A DNA stretch of 64,000 nt from positions 61,008,001 to 61,072,000 of the forward strand of contig NC_059434.1 in the NCBI RefSeq assembly GCF_021028975.2, in the 5' to 3' direction. Each line of letters begins with the position of its first letter. Positions within the stretch are counted from its first letter, which is position 1. This document shows, in pieces, positions 12,866 through 26,003 of this stretch. The DNA comes from Sphaerodactylus townsendi. Taxonomy: Eukaryota. The notes below the pieces were generated by a model that made no database searches, had not been told where the DNA came from, and worked only from the letters and a program-made list of their open reading frames with translations. The position numbers and the translations under genes are program-made.

Positions 12866-13836
12866 AGTTGCCTGTACTTAGGAAAAGTATAGTTTAGCAG
12901 AGAAATAAAGGGTCTGGCAGCAGGTTCTGAAAATTATCCAGAAGGAAAGAAATATTACTTTCTATGGGGACTGAAAGGTCTCTGTTGTTTCTCAGCTAAG
13001 AAATATAGAACCATTTCCATTAAAATTACACTTTTGAACTGATGCGACCTGTAGGACTAAGTTCAAGCTGGCAAAAGATGCTGACACCATGGATAATAAG
13101 ACCTAATTTAATCCACTTTCAATGCTCTCTGAAGCTGGATTTAACAGTGTGAAATGGCAGAAGTCACTTACAAGTGATGTTAAAGTGGACTGAAAATGCA
13201 TTATTCACCATGTAGAAAAGTTCCCCAGAAATCCATAAACCAGGATCTAGGAGCAGTCCCAAACTATGACCCTGCTCCTTCAATGACCACTGCAATACTC
13301 AGGTCACATTTGACCAGACTGAACTTATTTTACTAGCCTTTATCTAGTCTCTTAAATTCTTCAGGTATATTAGACTTCTCCATAACTTAAATAACATTTA
13401 CTAAGAGAGTTCACATCATTCACTGAATAGACAGAAAAACAGAAAGGTAGTAGTAACATTAGTAGTTTCTCTGCTGGTGGTGAATAAGAAGATGGCTTGC
13501 ATTCCATAATGAGGTACAGGTTGAGCATGGGAACCAAACTGAAGAGAAATGTTCTGTAATCCAGCACAGCCATAATTTAAATTAATTTCACATGCAAAAC
13601 TGGAGAAGTTCAAATACAATTAATTCTAGATTTCCATAGTTTTTAAGTATCCTTACATTTTAAAATTCTGGTTCTATAACTTTCTTTCAGTTGAAGTTTT
13701 GCTATATTTGTATCACTTCAAGGTGACTTGAATTGTTGAGTGGATAAATTTCTTTGGTCTCTGTTAAGTATTAAGTGTTTAACTAATCTTATACAATGTA
13801 ACCTACACACAGTAAGAGGAAACATGTAATACATAC

Positions 13837-13899
13837 CTTTGTCCCAGGCAGCCCCGGTAAGCCAGGTTCTCCCTGTGGGCCAATGAAACCTGGTTCACC
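13837..13899 (-). CDS. COL25A1: COL25A1 exon, GEPGFIGPQGEPGLPGLPGTK
   Basis: 63 nt, caaag/GGT...AAG/gtatgt. Confidence 0.96.
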
Positions 13900-14429
13900 C
13901 TTTGAAAAATGAACACATTCAATTTTTGTTAATTGAACTGTGAGCAATTACAGTAAAATAAGTTTACTTCTAATGATATGTTCCCCAGTCACCCACGGTT
14001 TTGTAGCTATGACCTAACTGTTATAGACAGATACAATTAATCAAATTTGATTCCCATCAGCACAGAGTTCTCAGAGAAAAGGCTCATTGAGTTTAAGAAA
14101 AGCAAATGAACTGGAAGCACTCACATCTTGTTTTTCATGGAATTAATGGTAGTTATGCTTCCTGGATTATGTTACAGTTTATGAAACAGAGATCCACCAA
14201 GGGAAGACTAATATAACATTTTCAGTAGAGAACAGGAGTTAAGTAGTTCTGGTCACAGTCATTTATAAATTATAAAATATTCAACCTTGATGCCTTTTTA
14301 TTGTACCAATTTAGTTTGGGGGTAAAAAATGGATGTGACAGATTCTGAGATGCAAACCTAATAAAGCAACAGTATTACAGTCTTGTAACACAACTGCTAA
14401 GTTCAATAGAAGGTACTCCATAGTAAGTG

Positions 14430-14879
14430 GCCTTACTAACCAATGTATGGCTAAGCAATGGAATGTTGCGACGATGAACCCTCCACCAATCAGTGGGTGA
14501 CATGGCACCAGCCCAGCCCAGCTGGTGGAGCAGAGGTGCCTTGGTGCACACTGCTCTGCCTGCCTCCAAACACCCTCCCAGTTCCCCCCACCCCCAAAGT
14601 CCAGTCCATCTGGTGGAACACTTGATGCCCACAGCTCAGCAAGCCTGCAAGCATACTTCCTGTCCCCCCAAAAGCCCAGCCCATCCAGTGGAGGAGAGGC
14701 ACATTGGTGCATGCTGCTCCATTGGCTGCCAAAACCTTCCCAGTCCCACCCCCACCCCCCCACCTAGTGGAGCATAGGTGCCTTGGACACAGTAAAGTCC
14801 ATTGCAGGGGAATGCTTGCACCCCACCCCCTTTGCTAGGGCCCACTGCATCTCCTTCTGCAATGGCTTTGCAACTAGTA
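14430..14879 (+). mobile_element. Possible non-autonomous Helitron-like element
   Basis: GC-rich island with internal subrepeats, ending in an imperfect hairpin followed by CTAGT. Confidence 0.35.
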
Positions 14880-17800
14880 GTTAAATATTCAAATAAACCT
14901 GCCACAAAACCACCCAAAGAAAAATGAGTCCCTTCCTCTGAAGAAGAGAAGCCACCAATTCTTTTTGCTGTTGTTAGAGATTCTCCTTTCAGGGTGAAGG
15001 CCAACTCTAAGTGGTGTCATGCTACAGCTTTTTTTTGCATCACTCAGCCATTCCAGAATACCTTCAGTCTCTATCTGCAGGATGACAAGTCTGGTTCCAT
15101 TTCACATCCACAGGAGATGAAGAATGGAACAAACCTGGAGGATACTGGAATGAATCTGTTGAGATACTCAAGTTAATGCAACATTTCTTCTGGACACCTT
15201 CTTTGTATTGCAAATGTGTAACAATGAGAGGGAAAGTCTTAAATCTTCTTAATCTGAGGCAGTTTTGGAGCCCCCAAAAAGTGATAACATGGGTTCCTCC
15301 TGACTTTGTACTGTATATATGTCTTTTACTGTCTTGGATGACCTTTAAGCAGCTATTGGTTGAAAACATTTTAAGAATCAGTCAACAAATGCTGCAGGTA
15401 TGGTCACACTTATTGCTGAGTCTAAATTAATTGTGTAGTAAGCCACCAATGGCAGAAAAGGTCTTAGAAACAGTAACAAAATTATACCTCTTATTTAAAT
15501 GAAATACTTCAACTTGTTCTAACAGGAATTAATTCTGTTAATGTTTAGTCTCGTGATAAACCAATAATGACTTTATCATTGAAAAATATAACATTTGGGA
15601 TTCAAAATAATGGAACATGTCAAAGCCATCCTGCATCACACGTATACATTTATTGACTAATATAGAGAGAGACAAATGCAGCTAATGCGTGCTTAATTAC
15701 ATAGTGAAGAAAAATGGAAGCATTAGCTTGCCCTCAACATTGCATTACAAGTATGTTATGCTGGTGTGAAAAACAGTTCAATTTTTATGAAGTCAAAGAC
15801 ATTTCCTGAATAGCTTGAAATGGAAAACAGTTCTTGCATTTATTAGGAGAGCAGGTAGGCATAACAGGAAAAAAAATAAGAGAGGAATTGCGAAGAACAG
15901 TGAAGAATAAAAAGAAAAATAGAGAAGAAATTAACCATGAAGAAACATTTTATATTACTATCATAACACAGGTAATGACAAATAAAATAATGATATAATA
16001 AAAATAAAATATATAAATTTCTAAAATGGTTTTGACATTTGAATGCTTAACTTCTTATAATGTAGATGTCTTATCATGCATTACTGACAATAACCACTGG
16101 CATTTCATTTTAGATGGAGATGCTCCCTTGTACAGAAGGAAAATAAATAATCAACACACAAACAGAGGTCAATACAGCAATTTATAAGCATGGGACCCTT
16201 AAGGACTAGGTGGGGGAGGGAAATCTTACTTTCTCCTGTATCCCCTTCTGCCTCTATTTCCTCTTTCCCTTCCCTCATGACCCATAGCCTGCTTTTTTCT
16301 CTTCTTCCCACACACCAATCAATCTACCTTTACCTGCCCTCCATCTACCTTTACTTGCCCTCCTTTTCTCTCCCAGTACCCTCTCCTTAGGTAAAGTCTG
16401 GTCAATTTATGTAGTGACCACCACTGGGCTTCAACCCAACCCATTTACATGGTAACTGCTGCCACAGCTGTGTTGCACATGGTCTTGTGGTAGCAGCCAT
16501 CAGTGCTGGATCAAACCTGGCCCAGTTTTGTACTAGACATGACTGGGGCTAGGACAAGACTGACCCAGTCATGTAGTAGCTGGATGATAGGAAGTGATAC
16601 TTCTTTCAAATCTCCTCAGATCAGAATTTGCTGTTCTTCGACTGTAATAATAAAATTGAATCTCCTCAGATCCTGTACAAGCGATTCCAGCCCTACTTTT
16701 TGTTATCTGTTCACACATACACAATTTTTACTACTGCTGCTAAATTATGTGGATTGTAATCTGACTCAGCAGAATACTTCATATCACATTTGCTATCATT
16801 TGGCATGAGTTACCATTTTTGGCTGCTGCTGCAATGATTTATGCTTCCTGTGGTAGATGCTTGAACATGATGCTACCTTGACATATGAAACCTTGTTATT
16901 CCCTGAACAGCAACTAGACTAGAATGATGTTTTTGTAGGGAGTAACCACAGATGTTAGAAGGATGACTTTGGAAGCCCACAAGGATGTACTTCCACTTCC
17001 AGTTAACTCTTGCTAGAAATTTCGAGCTCTTTCTTTCCACCACTGTTTTGTTTCCTTCTGCCTTCATTGCTTTTCTGACCCTTCCCTCAGCTGCCACAGA
17101 AAGTTACTTTGATGATGGGCATCTTTCCAAAAATGGAGATCAATTCCTGCCTAGCAAGAGACTTCCTCTTATCATTAGCTTCTAATGACGAAACACCATC
17201 CAAGTATTCTGTATTAGTCAGATACGAGATTGACAAAAAGGATTGTCTTCTTGTATCTGAATCAGCAAAAGTGGGATTTTTCCCAATAAGCTTGTAACCT
17301 CATAAACAGCTTTATTGTAAAAAAGCAAAATATCTAGCATTTTGCTGATGCAACAATCTGCTCTGTCAACAAATAATCGTAATAAAACTTTGTTGAAGTC
17401 ACGAGAAAATTTGATTGCTTGCAAATTTCAGATGTTCAAATGTCCTCTGATTCTCAGTATAACTCACAGAGAAAGTATGTGAACTTTGAAGGCTCTTTTG
17501 CTCAACGTGCTCAACTACTCAATAAGCACCCCCCTTTCAGTACTGTGTTATCAACTATTCCATTGAGATAGCAGAAGCAAATGGGATTCTATCCAGATTA
17601 GTGTTGTTAATGATGTGTGAAACAAAGTAAACAAGTAGCTCTGTCTTAGAGGCATGCTGATGGCTCTGCAATGCAGAGGGAAGGGAAAGATGCCCCTGTT
17701 CTGTTTTGATCTTGATCCCAAAGGATGTCAAAATCATAGGGAATTTATTCGTAGAGCTTGAAGAAAATTAGAATGTGGTGTTTTGTTCAAGAGAATCAAG

Positions 17801-18616
17801 GGGAGACAAAGGAAGAGAAAGACCTCATGGGTCTTTCAGGAAGACAGTCTTCAGGTAGCTTACTTATTCAGTCTTGATAGCATCCTTTCCTCTTCTCTCT
17901 GATAAGCACAAGGTATATGTTGCCTCTGGCTACATCCTCCTTCTGTAAAAAGCCAACCCACTCTTGGCAGGCTGAGGAGGTTATGGTTCATTACAGCTGA
18001 TTCACAGTCTTCCAAGACAGATAGTGCTAACAAGTTTTTTAAGCAGGTTACCAAATGTGCCACCTCCTTGACTTTAAAAATGTTTGAGTCTCTGCTGTAC
18101 TAAAATACTTGCACTCCATTTAAATAAATTTATCATCAGTAGTCTTGTGCTCTTTAGTAGCTTCAATAGAAATTCAACAAACCCTTTGAGACAATACTAC
18201 CAGAGAGCCAACTGAGCCTACTTTATAGGGCTGGTCGATGGCTTTGTACGTAGCTTTGGGGCAAAGCTGGAGTTCTGGCAAGCAAGAGTTTTCTTGGGCT
18301 TAAAGGAATTTGTTGACACACAGTAGTTGTTTTGTTACAACTGCACCCCTCCCAAAAACAAACACCCCAAATAGACTAGAATGCGAACAACACTCAGGAT
18401 GCAACACTCAGGATGAAGGAAACACCAGAACTCACTAGATTTATCAGATTCTTATCTCACTTCATATGCTAACGCCATTCAGTTCCTGCATCTGTTTGGA
18501 AATTCTGTGTTAATCCAATCTTACTTAACACTCAGTTACTTATGTATATTGAACCTAAAAAGTCCTTCCAGGTAACACCCTTCCAACCCTCAACTTATCT
18601 GTAATGGATGGTGACT

Positions 18617-18757
18617 TCCATTTCAATGTATCTAAAGAAGTGTGCAAGTACACAAAAGCTTATATCAAGAATAGAACTTTGTAGGACTTACAGGTGCCAA
18701 CGGACTCAAACTTTTTTCTGCTGCTTCAGACAAACATTGCTACTCACCTGAAATCTA
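18617..18757 (+). mobile_element. Penelope-like element terminal-repeat fragment
   Basis: Resembles reptile Penelope terminal repeats as recalled; decayed hammerhead core at 18626-18666. Confidence 0.6.
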
Positions 18758-21027
18758 TCTCCTTACCTACAGTTTGCCCCATGATTTCTGTCTCTTCCTT
18801 ATCATGCCCACAATAGCCTCAGTTTCCCTAGTCTCAGTCATTACTGCCAGAATGAGAAGAGCCAATTAATTAATTTTTTATATTTTTCTAAAGTTTTGAA
18901 GCTAGTGTAAATGGGAACAGTGGCTTTGACTGCTATGCTTCACTTGCCTTTGGGAGTGAAAGGCTTGCCAGGCATAATAGGGTTTTTTACACTAAGTTAT
19001 CAAGTACATTAAAAGTGATAGATTGAGGAAAGAATTGTTTATGTGGAATGGAGGTTCCCTTTATTCACCACAGTTAGTAGGTCTGATGGACCACTCCTCC
19101 ATGGATTTGTCTATCATCCTTTTAAAGGTGTCTATGTTCATGGGCATTGAAACCTCCATTAGCAGTGAATTCCTCTCATTCAGTAAAGAACTATTCCCCT
19201 TTGTCTGTCCTAAACCTATTTCCCAACAATTTAATTGGGTGTCCACAAACAGGAGAATTAAAGGACAGGAAGAAAAGGTCTCTTTATGACCCCAACTTAA
19301 AAAAAATATATCTCTTCCCTCAGTATTCCAGCCAGTGATTATGTTCATCAGTGTCCGCTCTATACAATCTTCTATGATGATTTGACAGCTGAAAGAAGGA
19401 AAACTTTGGCTGGGCATTTACTGAACGTGAGCACCAGTTTGGAACCTGAAAATCTGTGAACTTTGATCTTTCAAACAGAACAGGAGCCTATGAGTTAGGG
19501 TAAACATTGGGTATGAAGAGAAAGGATTTGACTATGAGCGAGCGAGCGAGAAATGCTAGCATTCAAAAGCTGTACACATTCACATTTTTGAAAATAAAAT
19601 TGGTTTAAAAGAAATAGGAACTATTGGCTCTTCAGGATAATAGTGATGAAAAGGTTTGGAGGTCATCTAAGGAAGCAATTTGGATGTGATGATTTGTCTA
19701 CTTTTACAAACTTGTAATAGATTCAATCCAGTCTAAAGGGCTATTTCAGAATATTACTGTAAGATAAGTATTTCATTACCTTTGTATTATTCTTGCCATG
19801 ACCCTACTGTGTTCCAGATACACCAAAGGATTCCTAATTGTCAAACAAGTCATGTTTGGCATCCACAGTGCTCTTATATTATTGAGTCCAGTTTTTAAAT
19901 TCATAATCAAGAGAACCCCTTAGCCTTGCTTGTTGACTCTCTGATTACCAGATAAGGGAAGTAAAACAAAACAGATTTTTAAAAGTCTAAATAAGGGTGT
20001 ATGCAGCGGACATTCAGATGTAATCTGAAGCATAGAAAAAAAAAGAAAATGAAATTCTGAAAATGAACAATCAACTATTATTTTCTTAAGAATTGGCAGT
20101 CCTTAGCGGGATCATGAAAATTTGGTTTGCCTGCTTGCATTTTAGCTTTTGTTCTTACTTGTTCAGCTTTTGTTCTTACTTATTTAAGGAGGTTTCACAT
20201 GTATTTGATATGCTGTGGTGACTGACACTTTTTCTTGCTGTGATACACTCTACCATGCAAAAAAAATCCATACACACAGGCCACAGTGTTCACCACAGGG
20301 CCTACCATGATGAAAGCTGAGAGGACCATTTAGGGGAGTACCTTGTTTAATTTACAGTTGATGGGTAACCACTCCCCTCTTCCCCTCCCTACCCCAGAGT
20401 GGGTGGGCTACAACTGGATGGCAGTTCCCTTCCCCTCTCCCCTCTCTTCCCAGGGTGGGTGGGCCCCAATCAGATGATGGGCTCTTTTCCCTCTCCCTCC
20501 CTTTCTCCCCAGGGTGGGTGGGCCCCAACCAGATGACGAGCTCCCTTCTCCCTCCCAACCCTTATTTCCTGGGGGGGCCCCACAACCAGACGATGGGTCC
20601 CCTTCCCCTTGCCCCTCCTCCTCCTCTCCCCGTCTTGCCAGGGTGGTCTGAAAATTGCTGGTGGTCCGAAAACTGTAAAACACAGAAAAGGACCTGCACT
20701 GCCTGCTAACCTTTCAACCAACATCTTAAGGTCAAAATATGTATTAAAAGTGATACAAGTTGGGTCACAAATGCTAGATCTCAGTCACACCTTCTGGAGA
20801 GTAATAACCTGTAAGAACCTCTCCATTGCTCCACATGACTCCAGATGCTGCAAGAAGGCTAGAAGGCTTCAGGATTCTCTTCCCTACCATTTTTTATCAG
20901 TGGGAATGGTTATAGGGGGGCTCATTCAAGAACCAGAAGAAGGGGCAAACAGGACCTCCCCATTCTCATTTTCACTTGCAAAATGACACAGAAGGGAAGC
21001 CTGAAGTGTCACCTTCCCCTTTATCTT

Positions 21028-21105
21028 GAGAGCCAGCATGGTGTAGTGGTTAAAAGCAGTGGACTCTAATCTAGAGAATGAGGTTTGATTGCCCACTACT
21101 CCATA
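21028..21105 (+). mobile_element. tRNA-derived SINE 5' fragment (Squam3-like)
   Basis: gagagccagcatggtgtagtggtt A-box-like head; same family as the minus-strand copies. Confidence 0.7.
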
Positions 21106-21653
21106 GGAGTGGCAGAATCTCAGGGCGCTTCCTTGGAGAGGCCGGCAGTCGGGGTGGGGGGGATTTTACACCCCCCTACATGGTGCCCAGGAACATGTGA
21201 CACCAAATGTCCCATGGGTGGTATGCCCCTGCCAGAGGGCTTTCAGGTTGCATGGGGCAGCAGCAGCAGCAATAAAAATAACCCCTGTCTGCCTGGAAAG
21301 CCCTCCATAGGCTCAACAGAGTAAGTCCGAGGCCCCTAGGTTGCCATTCCCAGCTAGAAAGCCTAGGTGGAAGTTGACTAATCTTGGTTCCACTTTGGGA
21401 ATACCCCTGGCCAGTCCTCAGCTGTGCCAATGACCAGATTTATGTTGGTGCAACTCTTCAGCGGGCAGGAATTTCTGGGTTGGGCACCATCTAATTGTGC
21501 AGCATCTGCCCACCTCCCAGTTTGCCCTCCCCACTGGCATAGGTGTCACTTATACTGGTAGGCTGGGCAAATGCACCAGCATGATCCCACATTGGCTCCA
21601 TGATTCCATTCACCTCCACCTTTGGATTGGGCTCTGTGACACTTTCTTTTGAG

Positions 21654-21904
21654 NNNNNNNNNNNNNNNNNNNNNNNNNNNNNNNNNNNNNNNNNNNNNNN
21701 NNNNNNNNNNNNNNNNNNNNNNNNNNNNNNNNNNNNNNNNNNNNNNNNNNNNNNNNNNNNNNNNNNNNNNNNNNNNNNNNNNNNNNNNNNNNNNNNNNNN
21801 NNNNNNNNNNNNNNNNNNNNNNNNNNNNNNNNNNNNNNNNNNNNNNNNNNNNNNNNNNNNNNNNNNNNNNNNNNNNNNNNNNNNNNNNNNNNNNNNNNNN
21901 NNNN
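21654..21904. other. Assembly gap (251 N)
   Basis: Run of N. Confidence 1.
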
Positions 21905-22722
21905 TGTTTTGTTTTTAGGACGAAACCAGGCAAAAACACGTTTAATATTAGCAACTAGGTTGAAACATGTAGGACTAATTTAAACAAACATTTCCATGAC
22001 ACCTCAACAATGGAAACTAATAAATCCTGGATTTCTGATTATATTGCTAATTGGGCTCCTGGACTGCTTTACTTAAAACAAAACATTATTCAGTCTTAGA
22101 AGCAGATAAAAAGAAACTGGATGATAATTTGAATTTCCACCCATTAATAGGTTTCTGGTATGAAGGACTACTTCAATTCCTGTATTAAAGTTTTTTTTTT
22201 TTCCTACCCCTTTCCCCTTTCCCTTTACTAAAGTATTAGAGCTGAAAAAAATTACACTAATTAAAATTTATGGAAAACCAGTTTCTGGTGGATTACAAAA
22301 ATGTGCATGCATTCCAAAGTATACCAAATTAGATGTTATTGTCACAAGCAAATGTTATTTTTATGTCCAAAGAAGCTTAATATCTCATACTTGTTTTGCG
22401 CTTAAGATAGGTACACATGCATGTCCTGTAGAATTCAAAAACATTCAAAAATAGAAATACATTCTGAGGTTACTCCTAGAATTTTTTTTCCAAATGATTA
22501 GTAGAACACTCCTACTAAGTATATATGTGAGTGATGCATCTTTAAAAAAGCACTCGTAACTCCATAAGGGGATATCCACAAATGCAATACAAGAAAATGT
22601 TTTGAGATTATTTACTGAAAGAACATCAGCCATTATCCAGACTAATGTGCAATTGGACCCAATTATGTCAATAGCCTGAGGCGTGCCAAACTCTGGATGG
22701 CGGTTATACACTTCAGTGAAGT

Positions 22723-23029
22723 AGAAGAGGAGGAAGAGGAAGGAAGAGATTTATACCCCACCTTTCTCTCCTGTAAGGAGTCTGTAAGCTATTTACAACC
22801 TCTTTCCCTTCGTTTCCCCATAACAGACACTTTGTAGGGTAGGTGGAGCTGAGAGAATTCCAAAGAATTGACTAGACCATGGTCACCCAGCAGGCATCAT
22901 GTGTAGGAGTGAGAAAAGAAATCCAGTTCACCAGATAAGAGTACACCACTCATGTGGAGGAGAGGGGAATCATTATCAAACCCCAGTTCTCCAGATTAGC
23001 ACCCACCTGCTCCTAACCACTATACCATG
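22723..23029 (-). mobile_element. Near full-length tRNA-derived SINE (Squam3-like)
   Basis: Reverse-strand tRNA-like head (tggtatagtggttagg) and a (TTC/TCC)n tail. Confidence 0.8.
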
Positions 23030-24525
23030 AAGGCAACATCCCAATGTCAGCAATAGTTTCCACTGACATCTTTCAGAATGTATTCCAAATTATGATCCCA
23101 AAATGAATGCCAAAAGAGTCCAAGACTTTTAATGTATGCTTAAGGCGCCATGGATCTCAAATTGAATGCCCCTGAAAATCAGATTCCAGAGCCTTAACTC
23201 CCTGTATCAGCAGGAGCTGACCAGAAGAGGGAGCCATAGGTATACTGACTCAACAAGCTTCTTCTTGAGAGTGTCAAAGCAGCTGGCTACAAAGGACATT
23301 GTAAACTTCCATTTTGCTTACTTAACTGTTAATAGCAAATGCCCCTTTTGTATATTTTAAGTATCTGCTCCACCTTTCTTAATTTACTCCAGTTCTCTCT
23401 CTTGTAAGGACCATATTCGTGCAAAACTATCTGCCTATTACCCATTTTACTTGCTGTTCTCTATTTCTGCCATGCTTTCTCAGTTGTCTAAATGGGAGGG
23501 AACATGCATGCATTTTTGTTTTGTATCCTAACACAATGTCCCATGTTCCAGTCTTAACCTACGCGAGTGAGTAGAGGATCTCAAGTAGCAGATGATAAAC
23601 ATGGGACCATTAAGTGTTTTCCAAATGCTTTATTACAGCAGGACAGTCCTGAGACTTTGTAGAGCTACCAATGGTACCAAAACTAGACAGACAAATGCAG
23701 CTTCATGTATGCGTGGCTTGTTTGTTTCAAGATTTACATTCCTGCCTGGCTGCCATTGTACATCATATAAGACTGGCCTCGAACTTATGCAGTACAACCA
23801 ACTGTCCTGTCTGTGCCTTGTTGTGGCAGAGATGTAAGGTACAATTAGAAGGAAGGCCATGTTCTGAGTTTCAAAGTAGAAAGGTAAAAATGGCTTTTCT
23901 CCATTTTTCTGGTGGTTGGTGAACCTATATGCACATATGGAATCTTCCTTCCTTGGACATTATTCAATTGTGGGTTAAAGCCAAAGATACTTTATTACAT
24001 AACATAAGACACAATTAACTAAGCAGTTGTAAAGCACATCATGGGATTTCACCTGGACTCTGTGCTTAATTTTCTGCTCATTTCCTGAATGAAAGTAAAA
24101 AGTATGAAAGTATAATTTTTGTGATTTGTGACCCTATACTCCTTGCATATGCATGTAAATGAAATTGTGTACGTCTTTAAGATATTTACTTATTAAACTC
24201 TTGGAATAATGAGATATCAAGCTGAATACCCATAACCACAAATGCACAATTAACTGAAGCAGAAACTAAATTATTTTTTTCCCAGTTTCCTTTATCTGTA
24301 AATATTTTCAGGCGTCTAGTTGAAACACTTTTATTGAGCCTTTCCTTATTTTACAGGGAAAAAAAAGAATTAAGTCATTCACGTCTGGTGAAATTTTGTG
24401 TGACTCTCTTAAATTTGGAATGTTTCAAGGATATGTAAATGTCTCCCAATCCACAAGCTTATCACATTTCTCATATTAATTTCACACAGAGAAGATCGTC
24501 ACATGAATTATATCTCTGTATCTAC

Positions 24526-24570
24526 CTTAATTCCAGGGAGTCCAGGAAGCCCAGGGAGTCCAGGTTCACC
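24526..24570 (-). CDS. COL25A1: COL25A1 exon, GEPGLPGLPGLPGIK
   Basis: 45 nt, cacag/GGT...AAG/gtagat. Confidence 0.96.
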
Positions 24571-24691
24571 CTGTGAAGTGGAATTGTACACAATTAGAAG
24601 GCAATACTAGAACAGCCAGAAAAATGACATCAATACTAAAGCAACGTATTGTCTTTATATTGATTGTTAGCTGCTTTGAGGGTCTCACTGG

Positions 24692-24832
24692 GGCTCATTC
24701 CGCACATGCAGAATAAGGCACTTTCAAACCGCTTTCAGTGCTCTTTGAAGCTGTGCGGAATAGCAAAATCCACTTGCAAACAGTTGTGAAAGTGGTTTGA
24801 AAACGCATTATTTTGCGTGTGCGGAAGGGGCC
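24692..24832. mobile_element. Young ~141-bp MITE (Harbinger-like), TSD TGG
   Basis: TIR ggctcattccgcacatgcagaataa / ttattttgcgtgtgcggaaggggcc; 3-bp TSD. Confidence 0.85.
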
Positions 24833-24850
24833 TGGGTTTGAAAAGGCTAA

Positions 24851-25098
24851 AAGAAGAAGAGGAAGAACTGTTTTTTATACTGTTTTTCTCTACCATTAGG
24901 AACCCCAAAGTGGCTTACAGTCACCTTTCCTCCCCCTCCCTCCCCAACAGGCACCTTGTGAGGTACGTGAGGCTGAGAGAATTCTGAGAGAACTGTGACT
25001 AGCCCAAGGTTACCCAGCAGGCTTCATTTGAATAACTGGGGAATAAAACTCAGTTCTACGTATTAAGAGTCCACTGCCTTTAACCATTACACTACCCT
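24851..25098 (-). mobile_element. Squam3-like SINE
   Basis: Homologous to 22723-23029; (TTC)n tail. Confidence 0.8.
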
Positions 25099-25496
25099 GT
25101 CTGTATCTGGTGCCGTAACCAGAACAGGATTCTTTTGGCGTACTAGCTCTGCTGCTATGTAACTGTCTTTCGGCTTCAGCGGGTTCTAGAGGGACTCAAC
25201 ATTTCTGCTGGTTAAGGTATTTGTAGAGTGCTTGCCTTGTGAATTCCCACTGCTGTCAATATCTGTTTTTTTTTCCTTTTGGAAGCATGTTTTTTTCATC
25301 AGTTGGCTAACTTTTTGGCTAATTTGTTTTATGCATTATACATTTTATATTTGCTGTAATGAGACTCAAGGATCATGAAGGGCAAGGGATTAATTAATAA
25401 ACTTTGATGTTGATAAGATGTCAGGTTCTTTTCAAAAAGCTATCAGTTATTGAGAAGTACAAAGTGTAACAAATGTTATAATCACACTTGGTTCTT

Positions 25497-25737
25497 GTAT
25501 TGTCAAAGTCTTTCACAGACAGAATCAACTGGCTGTTGTAGGTTTTCTGGGTCTCTGTGACAGTGGTCTGATAGTTTTAGCTCCTCGTGTTTCGCCTGTA
25601 TCTATGGCTGGCATCTTCAGAGGCATGTCACTGTAAGATGTGTCTCTCTCAACAAGCCAGCCATAGGTGCAGGCAAAATGCTAGGAGCTAAAGCTATCAG
25701 ACCATGGCCACACAGCCCAGAAAATCCACAATACCAA
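25497..25737. mobile_element. Penelope-like element, inverted terminal-repeat remnant
   Basis: Arms at about 25530-25612 and 25655-25737 are reverse complements; hammerhead-like core on the minus strand. Confidence 0.75.
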
Positions 25738-25814
25738 ATGTTATAGTTATTAATACCGCTTGGCATCATGATGTTCAAAATGATGAAAGGCACTGTTTAG
25801 CAAAATTGTGTTAC

Positions 25815-25850
25815 CTTTTGGCCCGATCGACCTGACACTCCAGGTTCTCC
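25815..25850 (-). CDS. COL25A1: COL25A1 exon, GEPGVSGRSGQK
   Basis: 36 nt, tgtag/GGA...AAG/gtaaca. Confidence 0.95.
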
Positions 25851-25970
25851 CTACATTTAAGAAATAAATGATGTAAATTCAAGGTTACAATATAGGGGAA
25901 CAGACATCAACAAACAATGGACTACGGTTGGCGCTGAGTGTAAAAGCAAATAAATTATCACCTACTTTAC

Positions 25971-26003
25971 CTTTATTCCTGCAGCTGAAGATCCAGGATC
26001 ACC
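25971..26003 (-). CDS. COL25A1: COL25A1 exon, GDPGSSAAGIK
   Basis: 33 nt, attag/GGT...AAG/gtaaag; carries the known helix interruption. Confidence 0.96.

Noticed and set aside
16860-18130. Ancient minus-strand LINE RT remnant (IKFSRDFNKV resembling DFSKAFDKV)
   Set aside because: Only a single weak motif; boundaries and family cannot be supported.
21600-21983. ORFs spanning the X run
   Set aside because: Artefacts of the N gap.
22980-23029. tRNA gene
   Set aside because: The tRNA-like sequence is the head of a SINE and has no complete cloverleaf.
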